In this document: positions 40,235-53,410 of the stretch, one piece after another | Numbering within the stretch: the first letter of the stretch is position 1 | Layout: every line of letters begins with the position of its first letter | DNA from: Mobula birostris | Lineage: Eukaryota | Length of the DNA: 64,000 bases | Reading direction: 5' to 3' | NCBI RefSeq assembly: GCF_030028105.1 | Contig: NC_092374.1 | Coordinates: 60,577,377 to 60,641,376 of the forward strand | The notes under the pieces: model-generated | What the model was told of the DNA's origin: nothing | The model's database searches: none | Seen by the model: only the letters and a program-made list of their open reading frames with translations | Program-made: the position numbers and the translations under genes

Positions 40235-41697
40235 TAGGCCAGTTAGCCTGATTTCAGTGTTTGGGAGTATGTTGGAGCTCATTATTAACAATGAAATTTC
40301 AAGGGTACTTGGAGGCACATGATAAAGTAGGTCAAAGTCAGCGTGGTTTCCTTAAGGAGAAATCCTGCCCAACAAATCTTTTGGAATTTTGAGGAAATAA
40401 CAGAATAGACAAAGAAAGTCAGTGGATGATGTTTACTTGGATTTTCAGAAGGCCTTTAGCAAGATGCCGCAGATGAGGCTACTTAACAAGATAAGAGCCC
40501 ATGTTATTACAAGAAAGATACTAGCATGAACAGAGATTCGCTGACTGGCAGAAGGCAAAGAGTCAGAATAAAGGGAGCCTATTATGGTTGGTTGCTGGTG
40601 ACTAGTGGTTCTCCACAGGGTCTGCATTGGGACCACTTCTTTTCACATTATATTTTAAAAATTTGGATGATGGAATTGATGGCTTTGTGGCCATGTTTGT
40701 AGACGATACAAACAATAGGTAAAACACACAAAATGCTGGAGGAACTCAGCAGGTCAGGAAATATTTATGGAAATGAGTAACATCGACATTTCAGACCAAG
40801 ACCCTTTATCAGGATAGGTAGATAAGTGGAGGGGTAGGTATTTTGCAGGAGGACTCAGGCAGAATGGGAAAATAAGTGGCAGATGTAACATAGTGTAGGG
40901 AAGTAAATGGTTGTGCAATGTGGTAGAACAAATAAAAGGTGTGGATTTTTTTTAAAAAAGGGGGAGAAAATGTTTTAAAATTCAGTGGTACAAAGAGACT
41001 TGGGAGTCCTTGTGCAGGATTCCCCAAAGGTTAACTTGCAGGCTGAGTCAGCAGTAAGGAAAGCAAATGCAATGTTAGCATTCATTTCAAGAGGACTAGA
41101 ATATAAAAGCAAGGATGTAATGCTGAGGCTTTACAAGGCATTGGCCAGACCACATTTGCAGTATTGTGAGCAGTTTTAGACCCCTTATCCAAGAAAGGAT
41201 GTGCTGGCATTGGAGAGGGCCCAGAGGAGGCTCACGAGAATGACTTCAGGAATGGAAGTGTTAGCATACAAGGAGTGTTTGATGGTTCTGGGTCTGTACT
41301 TGCTAAGAATGAGGGGAGATCTCATTGAAGCCTATCAAATAGTGAAAAGCCTAGATTGAGTGGATGTGGAGAGGATGTTTCCTATAGTGGCTGTGTCTAG
41401 GACCAGAGGACGCATCCTCATAATAGACGGACATCCAGTTAGAACAAGAGATAAGGGGGAATTTCTTTAGCCAGAGGATGGTGAATCTATGGAATTCACT
41501 GCCACGGAGAGCTGTGGAGGCCAAGTCATTGAGCATATTTAAAGCAGAGGTTGATAGGTTTTTGATTAGTCAGGATGTCAGAGGTTACAGGGAGAGGGCA
41601 GGAGAATGGGTTTGAAGGATAATAAATCAGCCATGATGGCATGGTGGAGCAGACTCGATGGGCTGAATGTCCTAATTCCGCTCTGATGTTCTATGGT
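40235..41697 (+). mobile_element. Older degenerate CR1 LINE, interrupted by a Penelope terminus (~40722-40815)
   Basis: YRPVSL, DFQKAF, VQRDLGVLV and LRLYKALARPHLQYC motifs with many lesions; CR1-type 3' UTR. Confidence 0.85.
40722..40815 (-). mobile_element. Penelope-like terminus with a decayed hammerhead motif
   Basis: ACACACAAAATGCTGGAGGAACTCAGCAGGTCAGG...CGACATTTCAGACCAAGACCCTTTATCAGGA. Confidence 0.65.
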
Positions 41698-42824
41698 AGT
41701 CTAAAACCAAATTTTTCATATTAGGAAACACACACACAAATGGAAGACATTTGGATCTCTCTTCTACCAATGAAATTTGAAGTTAATCAACTACTCATTT
41801 AATTTTGAGTCTGATAACATTCTTATTAATTTTATAAAGTAAAATATGGGGGTGGGGGAGAAGAAAGACCAAGGTTATGGAGCTCGGCCACAAACCAACC
41901 ACAGTCTCATTGAACAGAGAATCAGACTCATGGACTAAATGCCCAAATCCTGTTCATCGTTTAAAAGTTTACAATGGGATTGATGTGAAAGCAACTAAAC
42001 AGAATAGGAACACAAATTCTTAAGGCATAGAGGGTCACAGTTTCACTTAACCTACCTGTCTCACTGCAGCTTCTGAAAGAGCTACTAAATTAGTTTAACT
42101 ATGCCATTGCAAATATTTCCTTTTATACTCCCAATTGCCCTTAATATTGCTACATTTGTTCAACAAGAATGGATGCTTTCCAACAAACTTGAGCAAAGCG
42201 CAGTGCAATTCCCTGTGTAACCAATATTTTTGAGGCATACATTACTAAACAATTTTTAAAGAATTGCTATAAAATTAACCATTTCATGCAAATGCTAATT
42301 ATAATGAGAATTGTATTATGATCGATCATTTTATGGAATATAGCACCTGGAAAATCAAAAAATGTCTTAAAAGAGGAGGAATTACAAACAGAAATCATTT
42401 TATTTAAAGAGTTTCATTTGTATGTTCTATTCATGTCAGGAAGAAATTTATATTGCATATGTTAAGGGGACTGATGATGACTCACCACAGGGAAAGGCAA
42501 AACAATTTCAATTATGAAGCATCACTTGGGAATCTATATGAGTGTCTTTTCCCCCCACTGACATTTTCTGTACGCAAAGTACTTAATTCACTAAATCTGT
42601 ACAACTGCCACAGCATGAGCTGTTAATCTTTTGTTCTGGCTAGTAATGAATCATCGACATCCAATTATTAGATTAGAGAACTATTAGAGAATTATTGTAC
42701 ACATTTAAAATACCCTTAAGTATTAATTTAACATATCCAGGTGCCTGTACATGGAAGTATTTTTCCTCCCCCCCCCCCTAAAAAAATAAAGTAGGTTTCA
42801 TCATCAGGCACCATTCTTTGGATG

Positions 42825-43165
42825 GTTCTGTCTCTCCCAATCCTTGCTATACAAAAGATGTGGTTAAACTGGAAAGATTGCAGAAATGACTTACGAGGAC
42901 TAGAGGGCCCAAATTACAGGGAGAGGTTGGCCAGGCTAGGTGTTTATTCCCACAAACATAGGAGGAGATTCAACCTTATAAAAATATTTAAAATGAGAAA
43001 TAAAATAAGGTGGATGGTATCAGTCTTTTCCCCCAGAGTAGGAAACACCAAAACTAGGAGACACAGATTTAGGATGAGAGGGGAAAGATTTAAAAGAGAC
43101 CTGAGGAGCAAATTTGGTCAGTATGGACTCGTTTGCCCACAAAGGGCCCATATCCTGCTATGACT
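42825..43165 (+). mobile_element. CR1 3' fragment, degenerate
   Basis: GLEGPNYRERLARLGVYS...TRRHRFRMRGERFKRDLR. Confidence 0.7.
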
Positions 43166-43899
43166 ATGTGCTGGCCCAATAGTATGTCTATGATTATTAT
43201 TCCTCTCCATTATCGGTTAGACCTTTTCATAGTCCTAAAAAGCAAAACTCAAAAAGGATTCTGTTGATAGACAATATACAAATGGTGTAATTTTGGACAT
43301 TAAAATTCACAGGATTTATATTAAAATCAGCCTTGGCACTAAAGGCAGTGGGTTTGCAGTAGAAAGCTAGCCATGATTATAGCTCCATGATTACTATTTC
43401 AACATTTCATAGATAATATGCAAATGAGATAAATTCAGGATCAAGCTCAATTCCAAACAGTCTGAAATCTGTATACAATCACTGGATATCCTAGCTCTGA
43501 TGGCTGCCTACAGCAAATATTCTTCCTCACATCATCATCTTAATTTTATATACACTGTTCTTGAACACCCCTCCCCCAGTCACTGGGAATTCTCCCCTCT
43601 ATCAAAATCTTCCATGGCATTAAACCTATCAATCAGAACCCCACACAGCTTCCTCTGTTTCAAGGAAGACTATGTCAGTTCCTCCAATCCATCCACATAA
43701 CCAAAGACCTTGATGCTTGGAACCATTTGGTAAATCTCTTCTGCAACCTCTCTAAAACCTTGCATCCATCCTAAAGCCCAGATATGAACTCAAATGGTGC
43801 GAATACACTATTTGTTAACTTAAATGTTTATCATGACGTACTTACTCCAGTAATCTATTCCTCCCCTTCCTGAAATGATTTAGTTTTACTTAAGTCAAA

Positions 43900-44535
43900 C
43901 AAGAGATTGTTGTTGCAGCACCACTCAACCATGTGTCTTCCCTTACCTCCTTATGCTAACTCATCACCACCTATGATACATCTGACAGTGGTGTTTTCAC
44001 CAAATTTGTTTATGGGAATGGATCTACGTATGCTCAGCACACAGTAACACATGTATAGGGAGAAGATTATGGGGCTATGCATGAAGCCTAGTGGTGCTCC
44101 TGTGTTGATGATCAGTGAGGAGTAGTTGTTACCAATTCTCACAGGTTGAGGCCTGCCAATGAAGTCAAGGATCCAGCTGCAGAGAGTTACAGAGGCCAAG
44201 TCTTCAAGCTTGGTGTTGAGTTCAGATGGAATGAATATGTTATACCAAGCTGTAGTTGATAAATAGCAGCCAGGCATGTTTTCTTCCAAATCACCCAGAC
44301 CAAAGAGAAAAGCCAGAGAAATCACATCTCCTATGGCAATAGGCAAATTCAAGCAGATCTAGGTAATCTCCGAAGCAGAAGTTGATTTACACCAAAATCA
44401 TTTTCTTGAAACATTTAATGAGGGTTGATCCAAATGCTACCTGATGGTGGTCATTGAAGCAGGTTACCAAGTTCTTCTTGTGCTCTGGTATAATAGATGC
44501 CTTTTTCAAACAGGTGGGAATGCCAGCCCTCAGAG
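43900..44535 (-). mobile_element. Rex/Babar RT fragment
   Basis: ORF 43951-44352: IPSEL..KLEDL...LCSWILDF..RPQ.VRIGNN.SSLIINTGAP.G...SP..FSLY. Confidence 0.75.
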
Positions 44536-44894
44536 CAGACCTATTTGAACTGTGACCTCCATTTTATAATCAGATCTTTATATTCTTCCCACCAAAATGA
44601 AATACATTGCGATTCTTAGTATTAACTTTTGTTCTATCTGTCCCTTTGACTAGTTGTGCTGCTACAACTTGTATTTCATAGAATTGATTCTCCATGAGAA
44701 ACCTCAGGTATGGCGCATTTCTGGGAGCTCCATTTATAATCACAATACTGCATTTCCCTCATTAACAATAGTACTTCCAGAAAATTGAACATGAATTGCC
44801 ATTAAAAATTCATATTGGCTTTCTCTCATTAATTCAAACTTCTGTAACTACCAGTTTTACTCATGATCGTTTCTAGAATATTCCACAAAAAGAG

Positions 44895-45690
44895 TTCATT
44901 ACTGACTAAAAGGGGGAAGAAACCAGAGGTCCATGAGCCAGTCCTGGATCAAAGGTGGAGAAGGTCAGTATGTTTAAATTCCTTAGCGTTATCATATTAG
45001 AGGATCTGTGCTGGGGCCAGCATGCAAGTTCCATTTCAAAGAAGGCACAGCAGCGCCTCTACTTTCATAGAAGTTTGCAGAATCCGTATGTCATCTAAAA
45101 CTTTTCACAAACTTCTCTAGATGCACAGTTGAGAGTACCTTGACTGGTTGCGTCAGGGCCTGGTATGGAAACACTAATAACCAAAAGTGAAAAAGCCTAT
45201 AAAAAGTGGTGGATACAGCCCATCACAAAAATAAAGCCCCCTCACCTTTAAACACATCTACAAGGAGTGCTCCCACGAGAAAGCAGCATCCATCATCAAG
45301 GACACCCACCATCCTAGCCCCATACTCTCTTCATGCTGCTGCCATTGGGAAGGAAGTACAAGAGCCGTGGGTCCCAAACAAACAAGTGCAAGAACAGTTA
45401 TTACCCTTCAACTGTCTAGTTCCTGAACCAGCATGGATAACTTCACTCAGCTCCACACACAATTGATTCCACAACCTATGGACTCACTTTCAAGGACTCT
45501 AAAACTCGTGCTCTCAGTATCATTTTTTTATTATTAGGTTTTTTCACCCATAGTTTATCTTTTTTAGCACATTGGTTGTTTGTCAGTCTGCATGTGTACT
45601 TTTTCCCCATTGATTCTATTGTACTTTTTATTCCACTGAGTGCCCGCAAGAAAATGAATCTCATGGTATATGGCGACATATACTTTGAAC
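44895..45690 (+). mobile_element. Rex/Babar 3' fragment
   Basis: VEKVS.FKFL.V, KKAQQRLYF and ES.LTGCV.AWYGN motifs; tail AAGAAAATGAATCTCATGGTATATGGCGACATATACTTTGAA. Confidence 0.8.
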
Positions 45691-45727
45691 AAAGTTAAAA
45701 TGATTGGTTTACAATTATTTTGATAAA

Positions 45728-45935
45728 GGGCAGCACAGTGGTGCAGCTAGCAGAGGTCCTGCTTCACAGCACCACAGATCATGACTCAATCCTATTCTTG
45801 GGTGTTGTTTGTATGTAATTTACATGTCCTCCATGACCATATTGGTCTCCTCTAGACACTCCCACATCCCAAAGATGTGTGGAGTCTGGGATAGTAGACA
45901 AAATTTGCCACTGTAACTTGCCCAAGCAGGTAAGT
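45728..45935 (+). mobile_element. tRNA-derived SINE, V-SINE/HE1-like, degenerate
   Basis: Head GGGCAGCACAGTGGTGCAGCTAGCAGAG with an A-box-like motif, ...TCACAGC.CCA.AGA....G.TCAATCCT (B-box-like), then a V-domain-like TGTTTGTATGTAATTTACATGT.CTCC...CTCCCACATCCCAAAGATGTG. Confidence 0.65.
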
Positions 45936-47169
45936 TGTTGAATCTAAAGGTTGGGGGGGGGGGGGGGGGAGAGGGAGAATAGAAATTGATGACAATGCAA
46001 GGTGAATAAAATTAAGAGATTAATATCAGATCAAATGATTGACACAATGGGTTGATGAACCCATTTCCAAGTATCTTCAACGACTTGCATCTTCTTTTTG
46101 AACATTGTAGAATATTTGTAATTTTCCAACCCTTAGACACCACTTCTGAGTCTATGGAATTTGAAAGACTATTGCCAGAGCCCTGACAAATCACTCCCAT
46201 ACATCCCTCAACAAACTTTGATGCGCTCCATCTGGACTAGATTGGTCATCCTCTAAGCACAGCTCACCTTTCTTTCTACTCTATCCATTTTAGCTCATCC
46301 AGAATGTCAATTAATTCTCCTTGGCCGAGACTTTGGCAGTATCTTCTTCCTTGAAGGGCGGTGCAATATATTAATTTAGTACATCAGCGGTGTCCTCTGC
46401 CTCTGAGCAGATTCTCTTTTTTGACCACAATCAGACCAAGCTCTTCTATCTCAATTTTGGTATAGCATTTCTGAATTCCCTTTGTTTTCGGCCAGTCATG
46501 TTCCCATTTGCTCTTACGTTATTTTGTAAAACATCCTATTGGAACGTCCTCCATAATCAACTTCATTCTCACTTCTGTGAGCAACACAGGGTCTGTCACG
46601 TGATCTTCTCTACTGCTCGACCTCACCACCGTTTTTGGTTATCGAGATTTTAATTTCATGCCTCCTCTCCCCGTACTTTCCCCCTCTTGGAAATATGTCC
46701 ACACTGAAACTAGAATACTCCTACTTTAAGGGCCCCTATTGTTCTGCCTGCCAAGCTTGGATCCCAATTTACTTGAACCAGAAATTGTTCACATCATATT
46801 GCAACTGACACTTTGCCAATTGATTATTTATCTTGGAGTAATCTATATCCTTTGCCATGGTTACGCTGTACCATCTTAGCCATTGTTCCAGTGATACTTC
46901 TTCACTTGACCTGGCTCATTTTCCAAAATCACACAATACTGCCAAAGAGGAAACCAATGCAATGCCTTTCTCACTGAATCAGAAACAATGATCAAATCCA
47001 GCACAGGACCAGTGATTAACCTACCTCTTTCTGAACATCCATTCTTATCTACAATCATTATATCCAGCTGCATCAGTACATATGTGTGATGAACAAGTGT
47101 AAGACAAAGACTACTTGCCAGCAGCACATAAATTCAGTTGGAAATGGAGATGCCAAACAGCCAAGGACT

Positions 47170-47424
47170 ATCCACCTGGGTGGTCAAGGTTGTGATGGCT
47201 TACATTTCTGATGATTAAATGCACACCATATAGTTTCATGCACAAAATTATTGAAAATATTATATAAAACTACCTTTATGGGATATGTAGTGTAAAGGGA
47301 TTTTATGTTTAGACTTGAGCCTCATCCCCAAGGTACCTCATTATATAGATGCAAATATTCAAAAATCTGAAAAAAATCCAAAAATTACATCCCTAACCAT
47401 TTCCGATAATGGGTGCTCAACTTG
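47170..47424. mobile_element. Tigger-type MITE remnant (right end)
   Basis: ...CATCCCCAAG.TA.CTCATTAT.TA.ATGCAAATATTC.AAAATCTGAAAAAAATCC...ATTTCCGATAATGGGTGCTCAACTTG|TA resembles Tigger4/Zombi-type ends. Confidence 0.55.
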
Positions 47425-47917
47425 TACAATATTACTGCCAGCTCAGACCAAGTCTTTTGGCATTTAACTATATATACGCATATAACGTATAACTATATAA
47501 TGTATAAAGAAACTAGACAATGCTTCTCTACCTGGTGTAAAACACAGTAATACACATAACATCTGAAATAACTTTTAAAAAAGCAGAAAATGAATCATTG
47601 TCAGCACTATCTTTTTTCATTTGTGCCCAAATTCTCAAAATCTGATGGAAAATTAGTCCCTATCAGCAACACTGACGGAAACAGAAATCAAGCCAATTCT
47701 GTGGGTTCAGTAGAAGCACAGAATTTCAAAGAATGCTCAGGATTGTACAAATTATTTTCATAGTTTTTTTCCCTTCAAAAATAGGGCTGTAGCTCTCATC
47801 TGCTTACTTTACACAAAGCAACAACAGAAAATCAGTTCAGTTTAGATGAATAGTTTGATAAGATCAGAGACACTAAACAAAAACAAACTACACATTGTCG
47901 AAACCTGTACTGTACAG

Positions 47918-49096
47918 CAGCAGTCCCCAACCACCGGGCTGCAAAGCATGCACTACCGGGCCGGGAGGAAACGATATGATTTGGCGATAGGAGTTAGCTG
48001 CACCTTTCCTCATTCCTTGTCAAGCCCACTGTTGAGCCATTACGCATGCGAGGTCATTACCCACACGTCATCCATGTCAGCGCGGGAAGAAGATCAACTC
48101 CTCGAGCTTGCAAATGACGGCGGGCTGAAAAGTATTTTTGACATAACATCTCTGCCGGCATTCTGGGTCAAAGCCAAGGCTAAATATCCTGAGATAGCCA
48201 GGAAAGCGCTGAAAACGTTGCTTCCATTTCCAACATATCTCTGCAATGAATGCAACGGAAACCAAATTGCGGAATAGACTGGACATAAGGAACCTCCTTC
48301 GAGTATCGCTGTCTCCCGTCACCCTTCGATGGGACTGTCTTGATGCAGGGAAACAAGTCCAGGGCTCCCACTGATTCAGCGATATTGGTGCGTTGCAATG
48401 ATTTTATATGTTCATACGGGGAAAATATGTGCTGTGTGTTTAATATACAAACGTTACTTAAAATGTTATGATGCTATTGACTTACTTATATAACCATATA
48501 ACAATTACAGCACGGAAACAGGTCATCTCTGCCCTTCTAGTCTGTGCCGAACGCTACTCTCATCTAGTCCCACCGATCTGCACTCAACCCATAACCCTTC
48601 ATTCCTTTGCTGTCCATATACCTATCCAATTTTTCTTTAAGTGATAACATGGAACCTGCTTCTACCACTACTACTGGAAGTTCGTTCAACACTTACTTCA
48701 GGGTCCCCTGTCCTCCCCTGATAATTGACTTATCACTATATTCATGCGAGGTAAATATGCGCTGTTTGTTTAATATTAAATTTGTTAGATAAAGCCTTTT
48801 AGAAACGAAATTGAGTGTATTAGCCATTTATCACCTATATTCCGGTCGTGATTAACACCCCCCCCACAGAATCGGCAAAAATGATTTGTAGAAAAATTCG
48901 GCACGTACATGCATGCGCACTGGTGCCCGCGTAAGGCTTAATGGTCATTGTAGTCTCGCGGGATAAACAACGTATTTGACTGCTACTCTTGTCCATTGGC
49001 AACCATACCCCCCCCCCCACCCCCGGGTCGGCCGGTCCGCAAGAATATTGTCAACATGAAACCGGTCCGCAGTGCAAAAAAGGTTGGGGACCCCTG
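47918..49096 (+). mobile_element. Non-autonomous composite hAT (Charlie/Buster-type) element
   Basis: TIRs CAGCAGTCCCCAACC / GGTTGGGGACCCCTG; perfect 8-bp TSD CTGTACAG (47910-47917 and 49097-49104). Only a C-terminal transposase piece remains (EEDQLLELANDGGLK..F....LPAFW......YP.IA.KALK.LLPFPTYLC). Confidence 0.9.
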
Positions 49097-49159
49097 CTGT
49101 ACAGAACACAATTCCAATTAATTAGCCAGCGCAGGTTACGTGTTTAAGTTACTACTTAC

Positions 49160-49590
49160 AGAGATATTTTATAGCAATTATACAGGGCCCTGACAAGACC
49201 ACACTAGGAAAGTTGTGAAAAATTTAGTCTCCTTACCCAAGATTTGCTATTCAGAAAGTGCTGTGAAGATTCACCAGACTGATTCCTTAGAGCTACAAGA
49301 CCTTGGTCACACCCCACTTGGAGTACTGTGTTCAGATCTGGTCATCTCACTACAGGAAGGATGGGGATACTATAGAGAGAGGGCAGAGGAGATTTACAAG
49401 GATGTTGCCTGGATTGGAGATGTACCTTATGAGAATAGGTTGAATGTACCTGGCCTTTTCTCCTTGGAGCAACAAAGGATGAGAGGTGACCTGATCAAGG
49501 TGTACATTGATCATGTGGATAACCAGAGGCTTTTTCCCCAGGGCTGAGATGGCTAACACGGGGGGGGGGGGGGGGGGGGGAGCATAGCTT
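49160..49590 (+). mobile_element. CR1 3' fragments
   Basis: PHLEYCVQ.WS and PYENRL..PGLFSLEQQRMRGDLI; similar to 35470-35770. Confidence 0.75.
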
Positions 49591-50213
49591 CTCAAAACTG
49601 AACTACAGATTTCCGACTATTAGAGGAATCAGGGAGTAGGGCTGAAGAATGGGACTGAGGTAGAAGATCAACCAAGATCTTATTGAACAGAAAGCTGGCT
49701 CAAAAGGCCCTTTTTCCTAAAACTATATCCAAATACAAAATAGATTAAATGAAATTGTTAACAATATATGAACATCTTAAGGGCAAGAGTTCCCGTTTCC
49801 ACAATTTGTACTTATAAATGTCATACTTATTTTACTCTTCAATAACTTCAAGATCAATATTCATTTTAGTACATTAGTCTGCTTAATTATTTTGAACCTT
49901 AATCACCAACTTTTGGTGGTTTATTTAAGACCATTTTACAATTAAATTCAATTCTCAAACTGTTGAAATGTCTTTGTAAAGTTAGCATCTACATACAATT
50001 TTTTTGTTCCTCCATAATTTCTGATATGCCGCCCTCTCCACTTAGAAACTAAGCTCGAAGATTAAGCACTTTTAATCAAAAGTGGACATCCTCAGAAAAA
50101 CTCTGGAGCAACTCAGTAGTCAGTTAGATTCAATGGACAGGAATAAGTATTCAATGTTTCGGCCCACGACCCTTCATCAGGGCTGGAAAAGAAGAGGAAA
50201 GAAGCTAGAATAA

Positions 50214-50728
50214 AGGCTGATTTATACTTCTGCATCAGATGGACGCCATAACCTATGCAAATGGCCTACATGCATTGTGAGCATTTATACTTGTGCGTTG
50301 ATGTGTCTGCGTCGCTCTGCAATTCGCGCACGTCACACATGTGCACACACCTGCCTGTGCAAGGCTTAATGGTCATGGTAGTCTTTCTCGGGATAAACAA
50401 GTTTAAAGCGAGCGTCTTTTTTCGTAAAAGCGAAATGTGTCCTCCATAATTTCGGAGGTCTGTAAAGCTTTATGGAAGGCATTGCAGCCAGAGTTCCTTC
50501 CCTGCCCTTCAGTCGCCCAATGGGAAGCTATTGCAGCGTAGGAGGAAATGCGACGCCACCAAGCGGACCAATCACAGTTGTTGCGGTCTGCACTGCTGCA
50601 ATACGCAATCACATTTTGGGAGAGGTGCGCGTCAGGCTATGGCGTAGGGATCCACGTAGGCTCTGCATAGGGTTCGCGGCTATGCCGTACCTACGACATC
50701 AATTTGACGCAGAAGTATAAATCAGCCT
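50214..50728. mobile_element. PIF/Harbinger-type MITE (515 bp)
   Basis: TIRs AGGCTGATTTATACTTCTGCATCA / TGACGCAGAAGTATAAATCAGCCT; 3-bp TSD TAA (50211-50213 and 50729-50731); no coding capacity. Confidence 0.88.
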
Positions 50729-50944
50729 TAAGGAGGTGAGGGAGGGGAAGGAGGACAAGTTGGCAGGTGATAGTTGAAACCAGGTGACGGGGAAGGTGGA
50801 TGGGTGGGAGGGAGAGGGGATGAAGTGAGAAGCTAGGAGATGAAAGGTGGAAGAGGCAAAGGTCTGAAGGAATCTAATAGGAGAAGACAGTGGACCATTA
50901 GAGAAAAGGAGGGAGAAAGAGCGCCAGAGGGAGGGGCTCCACGA

Positions 50945-51385
50945 TGATGCAGTATATCACAGGTAAAGTACTCCCAACCATTGTGCACATCCACGCAGAG
51001 TGCTGTCACAGGAAAGCAGCATCAGTCATTAAGGATCCCCACCATCCGGACAGCCGCTCTCTTCTTACTACTGCCATTAGGAAAAAAGGTGCAGAAGCCT
51101 CAGGATCCACACCACCAAGTTCAGTATTACCCCTCAACCATTAGGCTCTTGAACCAGAGGAATAACTTCATTCCACGTCTTTCACCCCATTATTGAACTG
51201 TTCCCACAACCTATAAACTCACTTTCAGGTATTCTTATGATCTCAATAGTTTTATTTTTTTCTTTTTGATTTGCACATTGGTTGTTTGTGCTGTTGGGTG
51301 TATGAATGCCTGCAAGAAAATGAATATCAGGGTTGTACATGAAGACATACATGTACTTTGATAATAAATTTACTTTCAACTTTAA
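50945..51385 (+). mobile_element. Rex/Babar 3' fragment
   Basis: ITGKVLPTI.HI..ECC.RKAASVIKDPHHP; tail TACTTTGATAATAAATTTACTTTCAACTTT. Confidence 0.8.
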
Positions 51386-53410
51386 TGAGCAGGTTTGGAA
51401 AACAGATGGGGTTAGACAGGAGCCAAAATGGGGATTGGAAAAAAAAAGAGGAGGGGGCGGGGAGTAATTACATGCTAGAGAAATTAATGTTTATCCTGTG
51501 AGATTGGAAACTAGCCAACGGAATAAGGTGCTCCTCCTCCAACCTGTAGGAAGCCTCATCATGACCATAGAGGGGGCCATTGACTGACAGACAAGTCAGG
51601 ATGGGAATGGGAGTTAGAATTAAAATAGGTGGCCATTGGGAAACCCTGCCTCTTGTGGTGGATCGAGCAAGGTGTTTACTCAATCTACATTAGTTATCCC
51701 TGATGTGGAGGAGGCCGCAATGGGAATACTGGATACAGTCAATAACCTGACAGACTAGCAGATGAAGTGTCGCCTCACCTGCAAGGATTTTTTGGAGCCC
51801 TTGAATGGTGGTGCGGGAATTGGAGTAGGGGCAGGGGCAGAGATCATTGAAGAGGGATGAGTGGACAAGGGAGTCACAGAGATAGCATCCCTGCGGAAAG
51901 CAGGGGTAGGGAAAGATGCGTTTAGTGGTAGGATCCCACTAACATGGGCTGTTCCACACAGTCCATGAAAAGGCAAGCATAAATAAGAGAACCCACGCCT
52001 ACACTCCAGTTTTGAAGAAAGCGTGAGGAGTCAAAAGTTAAACCGTTCAGGGGAAAGACTAGTTCCAGCAAAAGTAGAGATGGTGACTGGTTAGGCCTGT
52101 TGTCTAGAAAGGAACTCCTAGATTTACTTGCTCTTTAAATTGTACACCCCTCTCCTATTTCTCAATCTTTGGAGACTGACCATCTTCTATAAACCCACTC
52201 TCCATGATAGGGTAATAGAAGTCTACAAGGACTGGATAGCCACAGTGAAAATGAAATAATCAGGACCAGGGAAATTAAAATGAATGAAGTGATTGAGAGC
52301 ATCTGAAGTGTCATGGATGTACCAAAGAGAAGAGACTGAACTAGCCTTGGTTTTCACTGATCTATGTCCGAACTGCTCTCTGCATATCCTACCGACCCAC
52401 AGATGGGCATAGAAGATTCTACAGCACCTTTTAAAGAGCAGGGCAGTAATCCCCATTGTTCTGGTCAACACACTGTACTTACTCATGTCTGATCTTTGCA
52501 CCTATTCACCAAGTTGTTTTTCCAGTCACGGCTAAGACCCAAAAACAAGGTGATGACATCAGCAAAATCCTCACTCATGTAGGAGCCAAAGTGCAGACTA
52601 GATATTACTCCATAATCTGCTTCCCACCACAATTACAGATCTCATTGTAGCATTTCACTTTGTCAGTTCGAAGCCAACTGACTGAGCTAAAGATGTGGCC
52701 AAGGGTTCTTTCAGCAGCTCCAAGTTAAAGGACAGGACCTCCAGGATAGCAATCTCAGGATTGCTACCAGTGCCATGTGCAGGCGGGTTTAGAAATAGTA
52801 AGATAGCACCTATCAACATGTGGCTGAAGACATGGTGCAGGAGGAAGGGCTTCGGATTTATAGATAGTTGGGCAGTTCTCCAGGGAAGGTGGGACCTGTT
52901 CCGGCAGGACGGTTTACGTCTGAACTGGAGGGGGACAAATATTCCTGCAAGTAGGTTTGCTAGAGGGGCTCCGGTGGATTTAAACTAGATACAAGGGGGA
53001 GGGGAACCAGAGTGTAGGAAAAGATGTAGGGGAGAAGGAAGAAAAAGAAAATAGTAAAGTTGTTTGCACCGTTAATGATAAACAGAGAGTAAGAGGGGGA
53101 AAATTTCTTAAATGCATTTATTTTAATGCTAGGAGTATTATAAGAAAGGTGGATGAGCTTAAAGCATGGACTGATACCTGGAAGTATGATGTGGTAGCTA
53201 CTAGCGAAACATGGTTACAAGAGAGGTGTGATTGGCAACTAAATATTCCTGGATTTAATTGCTTCAGGTGTGATAGAATCAGAGGGACAAGAGGGGGAGG
53301 TGTTGCATCGCTTGTCAAGAGAAAATATTACAGCGGTGCTCTGGCAGGATAGATTAGAGGGCTCGTCCAGGGAGGCTACTTGGGTGGAATTGAGGAATGG
53401 GAAAGATGTA

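Larger units (their letters stand above)
50090..52330 (-). mobile_element. Degenerate Penelope-like element (RT remnant, GIY-YIG region, terminus), interrupted by a Harbinger MITE and a Rex fragment
   Basis: YIHDTSDAL..F..FNFPGP...IFT..IQSL (RT), FKGSKKSLQVRRHFIC and HDEA..RLEEEHLI.LAS.Q...IN.NFS (C-terminal endonuclease region). A purine-rich spacer and a terminus with a CTGATGA...GAAA motif lie at 50151-50184. Confidence 0.7.

Noticed and set aside
45728-45800. tRNA gene
   Set aside because: It has Pol III-like boxes but no cloverleaf and continues into a V-SINE body, so it is a SINE head.
49561-49580. Poly-G runs (also ~975, ~19313 as poly-C, ~45954, ~60036, ~63218) as functional G-quadruplex elements
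   Set aside because: Simple homopolymer expansions, mostly inside repeats, and prone to sequencing error; nothing supports a function.
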